The translations under genes were made by a program, and so were the position numbers. Below are positions 22,514 through 33,000 of a stretch of DNA of 64,000 nt, piece after piece. The stretch covers positions 310,001 through 374,000 of the forward strand of contig JBMNHG010000011.1 in NCBI GenBank assembly GCA_050950285.1, given 5' to 3'. This DNA comes from Kiritimatiellia bacterium. GTDB lineage: Bacteria > Verrucomicrobiota > Kiritimatiellia > RFP12 > JBMNHG01. Each line of letters begins with the position of its first letter. The stretch's first letter is position 1. The notes below the pieces were generated by a model. The model worked only from the letters and a program-made list of their open reading frames with translations. It was not told the origin of the DNA and searched no databases.

Positions 22514-23860
22514 TCAGGGGAAGACGATGCGGTAGAAGCGGCTGGGGCGGGTGGCGGCCCCGGGGTCGGTGAAGTCGAGGGTGCCGTCGGCGGAGAGGGT
22601 GGTGTTGGTGAGGATGGTCCAGTTCCGGGTGGCGAGGTCGTCGCAGGCCTCGATGCGGACGGGGATGCCCTCTGTGCCGGCGAGGCCGAAAGCAAACGCG
22701 CCCGAGGCGGTGGTTTGCGGCGGGACAGCAGTGCTGAAGGCGGCATCCCAGGGCACGACGGGACGCCCGGCGAAGGTGTCGCCCCAGCCGGTGGCGCCGG
22801 GAAGGTAGTAGACCGTGGCGTCGGGTGTGTCGTAGAAGACATCGTTACCGACTGCCGTCGGAGCATTGCCGGTGAAGAGGACGGATGCGAGCAGGGGACA
22901 GTCGGCGAAGGCCCCCTCGCCGATGGAGGTTACACTGCCGGGAATGGTGACGGACGTGAGAAAGGCGCTGTAGCGAAAGGCATCGTCGCCGATGGCGGTG
23001 ACGCCGTCGGGGATGGTGTAGGCGCCATGGAGGCCGTTGGGATAATGAATCAGCGTGGCGAGTGTTTTATTGAAGAGCACGCCGCCGCTGCTGGCGTAGT
23101 TCGGGTTGTCCGCCGCAACGTCAATGCTTGTGAGGGAGGTGCAGGCCGAGAAGGCGGCAAAGTTAAAGGGGGTGATGGACGTGACGCCTTTGTGGATGGC
23201 GACGGCAGTGAGGGAGGCGCAGGAGTAGAACGCTCCGCCGCCAATGGTGGTGATGCTGTCGGGGATGGTGTAGGCGCCGGAGCGTCCGCCGGGACATTGA
23301 AGCAGTGTGGTGCCGTTTATATCGCATAGCACGCCATCGATGTCCACGAATGACGGGTTGCCCGCAGCCACGGTAATATTTGTTAGTGAGAAACAACTGT
23401 AGAAGACCCGCTCGCCGATCGAGATGACGCTGGCGGGGATGGTGATGTCCGCGAGGGACTCGCAGAAGACGAAGGCGCCATCGTGGATGTTGGTAACGCC
23501 GTTTGGAATGGTGACGGCGGCCAGGGAAGAGCAAAGGAGGAAGGCCCCCTCGCCGATGTTCCTCAGGCTGTTGGGCAGGGTGACGGCAGTAAGAGAATCG
23601 CAATGAACGAAGGCATTGAAGGCGATGCCGCGGACGGGATAGCCGCCGAGGGTTTCGGGAATTACCACCGCGCCTGTCATGGCGGGCTTGTCGACCCCCG
23701 TGATGATGGCCTCGCCGTTGCCGACGGAGTATTCGTAGGGCTTCTCGTAGTCGGCGGACAGGGCGAGCGGGAGGAGGAGCACGATGTGCGCGAGCGCGAA
23801 GGCGCGGAGGCGCGCGGAGCGGGACGGGCACGGAAGGGGGGATGCGATGGTGGTGTTCAT
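22514..23860 (-). CDS. BspA-type leucine-rich-repeat (LRR_5) surface protein with a PVC-type C-terminal domain
   Basis: Repeated IP..VT.IG..AF..C..L; C-terminus IEACDDLATRNW...FTDP...RFYRIVFP. Confidence 0.9.
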   Translation of the reverse strand: MNTTIASPLPCPSRSARLRAFALAHIVLLLPLALSADYEKPYEYSVGNGEAIITGVDKPAMTGAVVIPETLGGYPVRGIAFNAFVHCDSLTAVTLPNSLRNIGEGAFLLCSSLAAVTIPNGVTNIHDGAFVFCESLADITIPASVISIGERVFYSCFSLTNITVAAGNPSFVDIDGVLCDINGTTLLQCPGGRSGAYTIPDSITTIGGGAFYSCASLTAVAIHKGVTSITPFNFAAFSACTSLTSIDVAADNPNYASSGGVLFNKTLATLIHYPNGLHGAYTIPDGVTAIGDDAFRYSAFLTSVTIPGSVTSIGEGAFADCPLLASVLFTGNAPTAVGNDVFYDTPDATVYYLPGATGWGDTFAGRPVVPWDAAFSTAVPPQTTASGAFAFGLAGTEGIPVRIEACDDLATRNWTILTNTTLSADGTLDFTDPGAATRPSRFYRIVFP

Positions 23861-23960
23861 GGCTGTCCTTTCGGTGAGTACAAACGCCCTTGGCAGGCAG
23901 CGCAGAGTATACGGTAGAAAGAAGACAGGGCAAAGAGATTCTTTCGCCCCGCGCATTTCC

Positions 23961-24040
23961 GGGGACCGCCGTCCCCGGCGGGCCGGATGTGGCTGGCTGG
24001 GCGCCCTTCCTGGGGACCGCCGTCCCCGGCGGGCCGGATG
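23961..24040. repeat. Tandem pair of REP-like units GGGGACCGCCGTCCCCGGCGGGCCGGATG
   Basis: Two copies 51 bp apart (23961, 24012). Confidence 0.75.
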
Positions 24041-24049
24041 GCCGGGCGT

Positions 24050-24152
24050 GCTGGAGGGACGACCTCCGTGTCGTCCGTCTGGGTTTTGCAAGCGCCACCG
24101 CGCCGCCTCCCGTGAAAATTATTTACAAGCTTTTGAAAGATTCATATTGTAC
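24050..24152 (+). repeat. 103-bp direct repeat, left copy; contains a palindrome and a sigma70-like promoter TTTACA-N17-TATTGT
   Basis: Nearly identical to 56813-56915. Confidence 0.88.
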
Positions 24153-24315
24153 CCTCCGTATAAACGGGTGACTACTGTGGTTCGTTTGACCGCATGTTTT
24201 TATGGTTTTGTTGCGAGGAGCATGGCGGCGCGTTGTGGCCGGTCCAGTGTATCTACTGCACTGGCCGCCCGCGTGAGCCAGCATAACACAGGCAGAATAA
24301 TGGTGGAATTTTATG

Positions 24316-24347
<32 letters not shown>

Positions 24348-24373
24348 CTTGTCCGCCGCCCGGTGAACGGGAA

Positions 24374-24676
24374 TTGCCCGAACTGCGGCAAGTCGTAGGT
24401 AGCAACATCCGTCACTGGCGGGAGTCCGTCAACTGCCCGCTGAAGAGCCTGGCTTATCAGGTTGGCGTTTCCATCTCCGTCTGCAGCCAGTGGGAGAACG
24501 GACGCCGTTTCCCCACGTTCAAGCACCTGATTGCGGTGGCCCGCGTCATCAACTGCAGCGTTTCCTGTCTCTTCTGCCCCCACTTCAAGGCGCAACTGGT
24601 CGCGCGACGGTACGTCTTCAAGTTTGCAGAATGTAAAAAATCAAGGGTTGCGGCAGATGGGCGAATAGGGGTCTAA
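24374..24676 (+). CDS. XRE/Cro-family HTH regulator; true start may lie upstream across the repeat tract
   Basis: VGSNIRHWR...LKSLAYQVGVSISVCSQWENGRRFPTFKHLIAVARVI. Confidence 0.85.
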   Translation: MPELRQVVGSNIRHWRESVNCPLKSLAYQVGVSISVCSQWENGRRFPTFKHLIAVARVINCSVSCLFCPHFKAQLVARRYVFKFAECKKSRVAADGRIGV

Positions 24677-24719
24677 TACGTTCGTTTCTACCTGGGAACT
24701 ATGGAAAGGACCGTAGTGC

Positions 24720-25466
24720 ATGTACCTGACAAAAGCTGGTGGACGTCGCCGTTTGGGACATTCGATCGTGTGGATCGGATGCGTGTTGCTATGTACGGGT
24801 GAACTGGCGATGGCCGGATGGTTCTCCTCCGACAAGCCCCGCGAGGAGGTGCACCGGCGGCTGGACAAGGCGCAGGCGGAACGTTTCGTCTCGCTGGTCC
24901 AGTTGCGCTCGGACATCGCCGAGGAGCTGGTGGTCTTCACGCGGGTCCAAGGGGAGAAGCAGACCGAGATCGCGGGATATGACGAGCGCTTCATCAGGGA
25001 CTACCGCATCAATCCCGACCAGCACTACCGCTACGATCCGTCGAGCAACGCCCTCATCCGAATCGAGGAGGAGGTCGACACGGAGGGCGTCACCAATGTC
25101 GTGGAGCGCTTCGACCGCACCTACAGCCAGGAGCTGGGCGACGCGCTGCTCAAGGACATGGTGGGGAAAACCCTGGCCAGCCAGCAACTGCGCTCGCTGG
25201 CGCTCCTGATCCGCGAGAAGAACCAGGAGCACGCGCTGGTCAACCAGTCGCTGCTGCAGCAGTTCGGCATCGACCCCGCCGCCAAATACCGCTTTGACAG
25301 CGACAAGGGCATCATCTACGTGACGGTCGACAAGAAGGCCGGCAAGGAGCCGAAGAAGCCGGCTCCCTCCTCCTCCTCCGCACCGAAGAAACAGCCCGTT
25401 GCCAAGCCCGCTTCCAAACCCGCTTCCAAGCCCGCCGCCGCGCCGTCGCCCAAACCCGCGAGTTGA
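24720..25466 (+). CDS. Exported hypothetical protein with an internal duplication and a Lys/Pro/Ala tail
   Basis: Signal-peptide-like N-terminus (AMA); YRINPDQHYRYD vs FGIDPAAKYRFD; (KPAS)n tail. Confidence 0.7.
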   Translation: MYLTKAGGRRRLGHSIVWIGCVLLCTGELAMAGWFSSDKPREEVHRRLDKAQAERFVSLVQLRSDIAEELVVFTRVQGEKQTEIAGYDERFIRDYRINPDQHYRYDPSSNALIRIEEEVDTEGVTNVVERFDRTYSQELGDALLKDMVGKTLASQQLRSLALLIREKNQEHALVNQSLLQQFGIDPAAKYRFDSDKGIIYVTVDKKAGKEPKKPAPSSSSAPKKQPVAKPASKPASKPAAAPSPKPAS

Positions 25467-25507
25467 TGGCGCGGTTCTTCGTGTAACGTTTCCATTGCGG
25501 CTGATGA

Positions 25508-26578
25508 GCCTGACTTCATTCACAAATTGAGAGGAAGCGTGTCTCCAGCAGCCTGCGGATGTCCGAGCTTCGCAGGCAGGATATCCAGCCGCAGCCCTCC
25601 TGCTTCCGCAGGCGGTCGATCTGCGTGTTCGTCAGCATGCCGCGGTCACCCACGAAGACGAACCGCGCTATGCCGAAGCCCCCGCGCAGCCGGTCGATCT
25701 GGTCCGGCACCGTCACCGGGTCGGCGGTGTCGCCGGGATACACCCGCACCGCGACCGGCCTGCCGTCGGTATCGGTCATAAGCCCGTAGACGATGCCGGG
25801 CAGCTTGAGGCCGTCGCGGTTGTATCCGCGCTTTGCCAGGGGGCATTGCTTGCCGTAGTAGGAGCTGCTCGATACGTCGTACAGGACTGTCGCCCCCTCG
25901 GCAAGGTGCCGCCCGGCCAGCTTGCGCTCGATGAAGGGCTGGCGGGCCGCGAGCCAGTCCATCGCCGCATACAGGTCGTTCTCGTCCACGTCCTGCACGC
26001 CGAACTCCTGCGCGAGCGTGGAGTCCCCGAACAGGGAGACCGTCTCCAGCTTCGAGCCCGGCTCTATTATGCGCTGGGCTATCATCGCCAGCACGATGTC
26101 GCGCTCCGGGCAGGGCTTGGACGACACCAGATCCCGCATGCCGAGCCGGCTCATTGCCGTGCGGACGGCCCTGACGTGGCCGCATGGCAGGGATCGCTCG
26201 ATCTCGAAAAGGCTGTCGGCCTCCACAAGATGTTCGCCCTTGAGCGCGGCGCGCAGCGCCGCCACCGCCTCGGGCGGCAGCATCGACAGGTTGGCAAGCG
26301 TGCGCTTGACGGTGCGCCCGCCCTCGCGGCAGCTCTCGCGCAGCAGGATTGCGGGCGGGGATTTGCGGTTCGGCACGATGTCAATGTACATGGGCTCAAT
26401 TTAGCAGACCTTTCAGTCTCATGCAAGCGTAAAAATGGTGTTTCGTCAAAAAAGTTATTAACAATTACATGGGCGCAAATGGAACGGATTTTGCTGCCTT
26501 AGGGGTGCCGGAATGCCGCTAAATCAAGAAAATATGGCCGTTTCGGGCATGAAAGAGCCGCTGGAACTTCGGCCTAAG
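25508..26578 (-). mobile_element. Truncated IS1634-family insertion sequence (boundaries approximate)
   Basis: Contains the transposase 5' half; the likely left end is near GGAACTTCGGCCTAAG at ~26563-26578. Confidence 0.7.
25516..26391 (-). pseudogene. IS1634-family DDE transposase, C-terminally truncated (291 aa)
   Basis: MYIDIVPNRKSPPAILLRES.REG..VKRTLANLS, LYDVSSSYY.G, GYNRD, VGDRGM; ends soon after the second catalytic Asp. Confidence 0.88.
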
Positions 26579-26579
26579 G

Positions 26580-29500
26580 ATGAAACGATCCAAACCGCAC
26601 TCCAAATTGCACGTGCTCGCGCTGGCCGTTGTCGGATTGGGCACGACCGTGGCCCTTGCCGCACCCGCCAATCCGGCAGGTACCCCCGCTGTTCCCCCTG
26701 TCGCCTTGAAAGGGGCTGGGGTCGGCCAGGAGCAGCGCGAGGCGGAACGCCGCCTGCGCGAGGCGGAACGCGCACAGGCGGCCAAGGAACGCGCCGAGGC
26801 GGCCAAGCTGGCCGCGGAGAAGCGCGAGCAGGCACGGCGGGAGCGCGCGCAGGCCGCCGCCGAGAAGGCGGTCGCCAAGGCCGAAAAGGAAGTTGCCGCC
26901 GCGAAGGCGGACAAGGCGGCGGCGGACAAGACGGCCGCCGAGGCCAAGGCGCGTTTCGAGTCCGACCAGGCGCTGGCGGCGAAGGCCGCGGAATCGAGCA
27001 AGCAGGCGGACGCCGCATTGGCCGCTGCGACCACCGCCGAGCAGACGGCGAAGCAGACGCTGGCGAAAGCCGAGTCGTCCCCGGCGGACGCCTCGAAGAA
27101 GGCCGCCGTCCAGGAGGCGAAGAAGGCGCTGGCGACGGCCCGGGCCGACCGCGACAAGGCGAAGGCCGATGCCGCCGCCAAGACGTCCGCTTCCAAGAAG
27201 GCGCAGCGCGCGCTCGCCGCCAGCCAGGCCGCCGACGCCAAGGCGCGGCAGTCCGCCGAGGCCTCCGCCCGCGCCCTGGCCCAGGCCGAGGGCAAGCGCG
27301 ACGCCGCCACGCAGACGCTGGCGGGAGCCGCCGAGGCGGCCAAGCTGGCCGCGGAAAAGCGCGAGCAGGCGCAGCGGGAGCGCGAGCAGGCCGAACAGCG
27401 CGCCCAGGAGCGCGCCCGCCAGCTCGAGGCCGAGAAGCGCCGGGCCGCCGCCGAGAAGGCGGCCGCCAAGGCCGAAAAGGAAATTGCCGCCGCGAAGGCG
27501 GACAAGGCGGCGGCGGACAAGACGGCCGCCGATGCGAAGGCGCGTTTCGAGTCCGACCAGGCGCTGGCGACGAAGGCCGCGGAATCGAGCAAGCAGGCGG
27601 ACGCCGCGTTGGCCGCTGCGACCACCGCCGAGCAGACGGCGAAGCAAGCGCTGGCGAAAGCCGAATCGGAGCAAGCCGCGTCGAAAAAATCGTTGAAGGC
27701 CGCGTCGGGCGCGGCGTCGGGCGCGGCGTCCGCGGCGTCCAAGGCGAAGGCCGATCTGGCGAAGGCCGCGGCCGCGTTGGAATCCGCCACGGCGATCGTG
27801 GTGAAGGATCCGAAGAACAAGGCGGCCGCCGATGCCAAGGCCGCCAAGGTCGCCGCCGCCGAGAAGCGCGTCGCGGATGCGAAGGCCGCGGAGACCGCCG
27901 CCGCCGCGAAATGGGAGACGGCTGCGGAATCTGAAAAGGCCGCGGCGACGGCGGACGCCTCGAAGAAGGCCGCCGTCCAGGAAGCGAAGAAGGCGCTGGC
28001 GACGGCCCGGGCTGACCGCGACAAGGCGAAGGCCGATGCCGCCGCCAAGACGTCCGCTTCCAAGAAGGCACAGCGCGCGCTCGCCGCCAGCCAGGCCGCC
28101 GACGCCAAGGCGCGGCAGTCCGCCGAGGCCTCCGCCCGCGCCCTGGCCCAGGCCGAGGGCAAGCGCGACGCCGCGCAGACGCTGGCGGGAGCCGCCGATG
28201 CGGCCCCCAAGGACAAGACGCGCGCGCCGCGCCTGGTGGTTCCCGAGCAACCCCCCGCGCCTCCCGCGGACCCGATACCCGAGGGCGGCGAATGGCTCTA
28301 CGAGGTCCGTTTCAGCACGCCGGCCAATTGCGGCGCCTTCCTCGAGGGCCTGCGCGACAACCTGCCGCAGCTGGCCTCCCCTCCGCCCGCCAAGGGCGCC
28401 CCCGCGCCGGAAGTCTCGTCGCTGGGCGACCTCCTCGCGAAGGGCCGCACCAGCATCGTCGGCGACACCCTGTTCGTGCGCGACGCAAAAGGCCGCACCG
28501 TCAACCAGGCCACCATCCGCGGCACGGTCTCCAACCTGCTCGACCGCACCGTCGGCAGCGGATTCTACATCGCCACGCTGATGGAGGAGCCCGCCACGAT
28601 CACCAATGGCGTGCTGGGCGTCAAGCTGGATCCGGGACGCATCGGCCGTGTGAACATGGCCTTCAAGGAGTCCGCAGCCCAGACCGATGCCGCCGCTCCG
28701 GCCAAGCCGGCCGACGGCCGCTACTTCAGCCGCGAGCAGATCATGCGGCGCTTCGACTCGCTCAAGACCGGCCGACCGTTCGACTACAACCTGCTCTACG
28801 ACGGCGTCTATACCGCCAACGCCCACCCGGACCTCGTGGTCAACGCCGATCTCAGGGTGCGCCCGGAGGTCGAGAACGATCGGCGCTGGCGCTATGTCGA
28901 TATCGATCTCGAGGTCGAGGAGTCCCTGCCGTTCCACGCCGTCCTCGACGTCTCGAACTACGGCACCGAGGCCTCCGACAACTGGGAGGCCGGCCTGACG
29001 CTGCAGCACCTCAACCTCACCAAACACGACGACGTGCTCACGGTCAACGCGCAGTCCGCCTTCGACGGCTCCCTCTACTCCGTGGCCGGCAGCTACTACC
29101 TGCCCCACGACTTCTACAAGGGCGGCGGCCTGACGGCCTACGGCGGCTATTCCGACCTCTCGGTGGACGAAGTCGTCCCGTCGATCGACGTCGAAGGCAC
29201 GGGCTGGTTCGCAGGCCTCCAGTACTCCTCGCTCCTGGTCGACAACGACCGCCACAAGTTCTCGCTGGCGTTCGGCAAGGTGCACCGCTACATCGAGGAC
29301 CAACTGATCGTCGGCGACGTGGACACCGAGCCGCGCGACGTGACGGTGGCCCCCTTCTCGCTCTCCGCCATCTACAGCTCCAAGCCCTCGCGCGACTGGG
29401 GCGGCCGCCTCTACTGCACGCTCGAGCTGCTCTACAACGTCGGCGACTTCCTGGGCTCTTCGGACGAAGAGGAGATCCAGCGGTTGCGGCGCGAGGCCGA

Positions 29501-30044
29501 GGCCGACTACTTCATCGCCCGCCCCTCCGTCGCCTACGTGCAGACCTTCGGCGGCGCCGGCGCCGCCGCCAAGGGCGGCGAAGGCCGCTGGGTGCTCTTC
29601 CTGCGCGCCTCGGGACAGTACGCCGACGGCCCGCTCGTGCCCGCCGAGCAGCTCGGGGTCGGCGGCGCCAATACCGTCCGCGGCTATGTCGAACGCGAAT
29701 TCCTCGGCGACCACGGCGCCTTCGCCAACATCGAGCTGCGCACCCCCATGCTGCTGGGATTCCTCACCCGGCCCTTCGCCTCCCCCGAGCATCGCAAGGC
29801 GCACCTGCGCAACCCGCTCGACCGCCTGCAGCTTGTGGCCTTCTTCGACGCCGGCACCATCAAGATCGAGGACGCCTTGCCGGGAGAGGACGACTCCCAG
29901 TCGCTCTACAGCGCGGGCGTCGGCTTGCGGTTCGCCTTCACCGAGTATGCCCAGTTGAAGTTCGACTGGGGCTTCCCGCTCGAGGAGACGGACGAGTCCT
30001 CCAGCTCCGGACGGGGCCACATCAACCTGCAGTTGCAATTCTAA
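26580..30044 (+). CDS. TpsB (ShlB/FhaC/HecB) outer-membrane transporter with a ~540-aa Ala/Lys/Glu-rich N-terminal extension
   Basis: POTRA-like region, SNYG, EQLGVGGANTVRGY (loop 6 VRGY), FFDAG, GVGLRF, terminal Phe; directly upstream of a TpsA. Confidence 0.92.
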   Translation: MKRSKPHSKLHVLALAVVGLGTTVALAAPANPAGTPAVPPVALKGAGVGQEQREAERRLREAERAQAAKERAEAAKLAAEKREQARRERAQAAAEKAVAKAEKEVAAAKADKAAADKTAAEAKARFESDQALAAKAAESSKQADAALAAATTAEQTAKQTLAKAESSPADASKKAAVQEAKKALATARADRDKAKADAAAKTSASKKAQRALAASQAADAKARQSAEASARALAQAEGKRDAATQTLAGAAEAAKLAAEKREQAQREREQAEQRAQERARQLEAEKRRAAAEKAAAKAEKEIAAAKADKAAADKTAADAKARFESDQALATKAAESSKQADAALAAATTAEQTAKQALAKAESEQAASKKSLKAASGAASGAASAASKAKADLAKAAAALESATAIVVKDPKNKAAADAKAAKVAAAEKRVADAKAAETAAAAKWETAAESEKAAATADASKKAAVQEAKKALATARADRDKAKADAAAKTSASKKAQRALAASQAADAKARQSAEASARALAQAEGKRDAAQTLAGAADAAPKDKTRAPRLVVPEQPPAPPADPIPEGGEWLYEVRFSTPANCGAFLEGLRDNLPQLASPPPAKGAPAPEVSSLGDLLAKGRTSIVGDTLFVRDAKGRTVNQATIRGTVSNLLDRTVGSGFYIATLMEEPATITNGVLGVKLDPGRIGRVNMAFKESAAQTDAAAPAKPADGRYFSREQIMRRFDSLKTGRPFDYNLLYDGVYTANAHPDLVVNADLRVRPEVENDRRWRYVDIDLEVEESLPFHAVLDVSNYGTEASDNWEAGLTLQHLNLTKHDDVLTVNAQSAFDGSLYSVAGSYYLPHDFYKGGGLTAYGGYSDLSVDEVVPSIDVEGTGWFAGLQYSSLLVDNDRHKFSLAFGKVHRYIEDQLIVGDVDTEPRDVTVAPFSLSAIYSSKPSRDWGGRLYCTLELLYNVGDFLGSSDEEEIQRLRREAEADYFIARPSVAYVQTFGGAGAAAKGGEGRWVLFLRASGQYADGPLVPAEQLGVGGANTVRGYVEREFLGDHGAFANIELRTPMLLGFLTRPFASPEHRKAHLRNPLDRLQLVAFFDAGTIKIEDALPGEDDSQSLYSAGVGLRFAFTEYAQLKFDWGFPLEETDESSSSGRGHINLQLQF

Positions 30045-30083
30045 TCGCTCGTTTGCCTTGCCGTATATTGAAGGAGATCCTCC

Positions 30084-33000
30084 ATGAAACAGCACCTTGA
30101 CCGCTATCCACGTCCCAGTCCGTTCAAACGCATCATGGCGGGCATCGCCGCCTGGAGCGTCCTGGTGGGCCAGCTCGCCCCCGTGATGGCGCTGCCCACC
30201 GGAGCCAGCGTCCGCAGCGGCACCGTCTCCTTCGAGGAGTCGGCCGGCAATCTGCGCGTGTTGCAGGAGACCGACCGTGCGATCGTCCACTACTCCTCCT
30301 TCAACATCGGCGCCTCCGAAGCCGTCGAGTTCGTCCAGCCCGGCTCATCGTCCGCCATCCTGAACCGGATCGGCGGCGGCAGCCCCAGCGACATCCTGGG
30401 CTCCCTGTCGGCCAACGGCAAGGTCTACCTGATCAACCCCAACGGCATCATCTTCGGCTCGTCGGCGCGCGTCAACGTCGGCGGGCTGGTCGCCTCGAGC
30501 TTCGATATCTCGGACAGCGACTTCGCCTCCGGCACCATGCGCTTCAAGGGCGGCGGCGGCTCCGTGGTCAACCGCGGCTCGATCTCCGCCGGCAGCTTCG
30601 CCTACCTCGTGGGCGGCACCGTCGACAACAGCGGCTCGATCTCCGCCGGTTCCGTGGTGCTCGCGGCCGGCCAGAACAGCGTGGTCATCGATCGCGCCGC
30701 CGGCGGCGAGATCCGCCTGGTCATTGACGAGGTGGAGTCGGCGGTCGATGCATCCACGGGTGCAGCGGCCGAAGACGCGGCGGCGGAGCCCGATGCCGGC
30801 ACCGCTCCGGCACCCGCCGGCACCACCGACCTGCTGGCCGACCCGACGGTCGTCAACTACGGCGTCATCCAGTCCGGCGAGGCGACGGGCGGCGAGGTCG
30901 CCCTGCAGGCCGCCAACGTCGGACAGTTCGGCACGATTCTGGCCGACGGCCTCGAGGGTGACGGCGGTCGCATCGCGCTCTTCGCCGACAACACCGTCTC
31001 CCTCAGCGCCGACAGCGTCACCACCGCCAACGCCGGTCTGGCGGGCGATGGCGGCTCGATCGAGATTGTCGGTGAGAACTTCCTGCGCCTGGCCACCGGC
31101 GCCCGGATCGAGGCGCGCGGCGGCAGCGAGTCCGGCGACGGCGGTTTTGTTGAAACCAGCGGCAAGCGCGGCTTTGTCATCGGCTCCGCCCCCGACGTCG
31201 GTGCCGACAACGGCAAAGCAGGCACGTGGCTGATCGATCCCTATAATATCGAAATCACAGCGGGGACGGGATACGATGGCATGGATACTACGGGTGATAC
31301 CTGGGTTCCAGACGGCATGCTTACTCCAGCCCAGATCAGCGTCGGCACCATTAAGGAAGGTCTTATTAATGCCGGCTTTGTAAAGATTACGACTACTCCA
31401 GATCCGGACGCTGGAAACGAAGAAGGCAACATAACTTGGCTTTCGGACGCCGACATCACCTGGGACACTGCCGCCAGCTTGGAGTTGAAAGCCCATGGTA
31501 ATATCACGATTGGAGGAACCGTAACTGCGGCGAGCGGATCGCTGACACTGATTGCCGACCTCGAAAACAATAACGTCGGTGATATTACGCTGAACAATTT
31601 GATCAAGGTCGGTACCCTCACCATGAAGGGCAATTCGATCAACCAGACCGGCGGTTCGCTGACGGTTGGTGGTGCCACCGACCTAACAGGCGGGACGATC
31701 ACCCTCGAGCAGGCCAACGTTCTCGGCGCGATCACAGTGAACGATGGCTCGGGCGACGTATCAATTACGGAAGACGACGCCATCAACGTTGCGAAGATCA
31801 CGCGTACGACCGGCAGCGTGACGCTGAATGCGTCTGTTGGCGACATCACTATTGGAGAAATTTCGACGCCAAACAATGTCACATTAACTGCGACGGCAGG
31901 TTCGATCCTTGACGACGCCGACGACGACGTGACCGACGTGACCGGCAACATAGTGACGATGACGGCGGCGAGTGGCGTCGGCGAGGCGGCTGGCAATGGC
32001 TCCCTCGACACGAAGGCCAACAGCCTGGCCGTCTCCGTGAAGGGTGCCGGCCTGATCAACATCTCCGAGGCGGACGATGTTACGCTGGCGGACGTCGACA
32101 CGTTCAACGGCGCGATCACCATCGCGGCCGGCGGCACGATCACGGTCGGGACGGTGACCTCCGGCGAGGGGGATGGCGCGACGCTGGGCGCGGTGACGCT
32201 TACGGCGGGGAACGCCGCCAAGACCGCGAAGATACTGGACGACGCCAACGACGCCGCCGTTGACATCACCGGCTCCGCCGTGACGCTGACGGCGGACGCG
32301 GGCGTCGGCGCGGAAGGCAATTCGCTCGACACGGCCGCGGACAGCCTGGACGTCTCGGTGACTTCGGCGGGCCTGATCAACATCTCCGAGGCCGACGATG
32401 TTACGCTGGCGGACGTCGACACGTTCAACGGCGCGATCACCATCGGGGCCGGCGGCGACATCAGGGTCGGGACGGTGACCTCGGGCAAGGGTGAGGGCGC
32501 CACGCTGGGCGCGGTGACGCTGACGGCGGGGAACGCCGCCAAGACCGCGAAGATACTGGACGACGCCAGCGACGCCGCCGTTGACATCACCGGCTCCGCC
32601 GTGACGCTGACGGCTGACGCGGGCGTCGGCGCGGATGGCGATTCGCTCGACACGAAGCCGCCGGCAGCCTGGACGTCTCGGTGACTTCGGCGGGCCTGGT
32701 CAACATCTCCGAGGCGGACGACGTGACCCTCGCGGACGTCGACACGCTTCGACGGCGCGATCACCATCGCGGCCGGCGGCGACGATCAGGGTCGGGACGG
32801 TGACCTCCGGCGAGGGGGAGGGCGCCACGCTGGGCGCGGTGACGCTGACGGCGCGGAACGCCGCCAAGACCGCGAAGATACTGGACGACGCCGATGCCGA
32901 CGCCGCCGTTGTGGACATCACCGGCTCCGCCGTGACGCTGGCGGCGGACGCGGGCGTCGGCGCGGAAGGCGATTCGCTCGACACGAAGCCGCCGGCAGCC

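Noticed and set aside
23961..24152. CRISPR array
   Set aside because: Only two palindromic units, no series of unique spacers, and no cas genes.
26519..30290. Very long antisense and alternate-frame ORFs (e.g. 26574-30290, 4342-6879, 39175-41946, 36460-38877)
   Set aside because: Shadows of GC-rich coding genes; no recognisable motifs.
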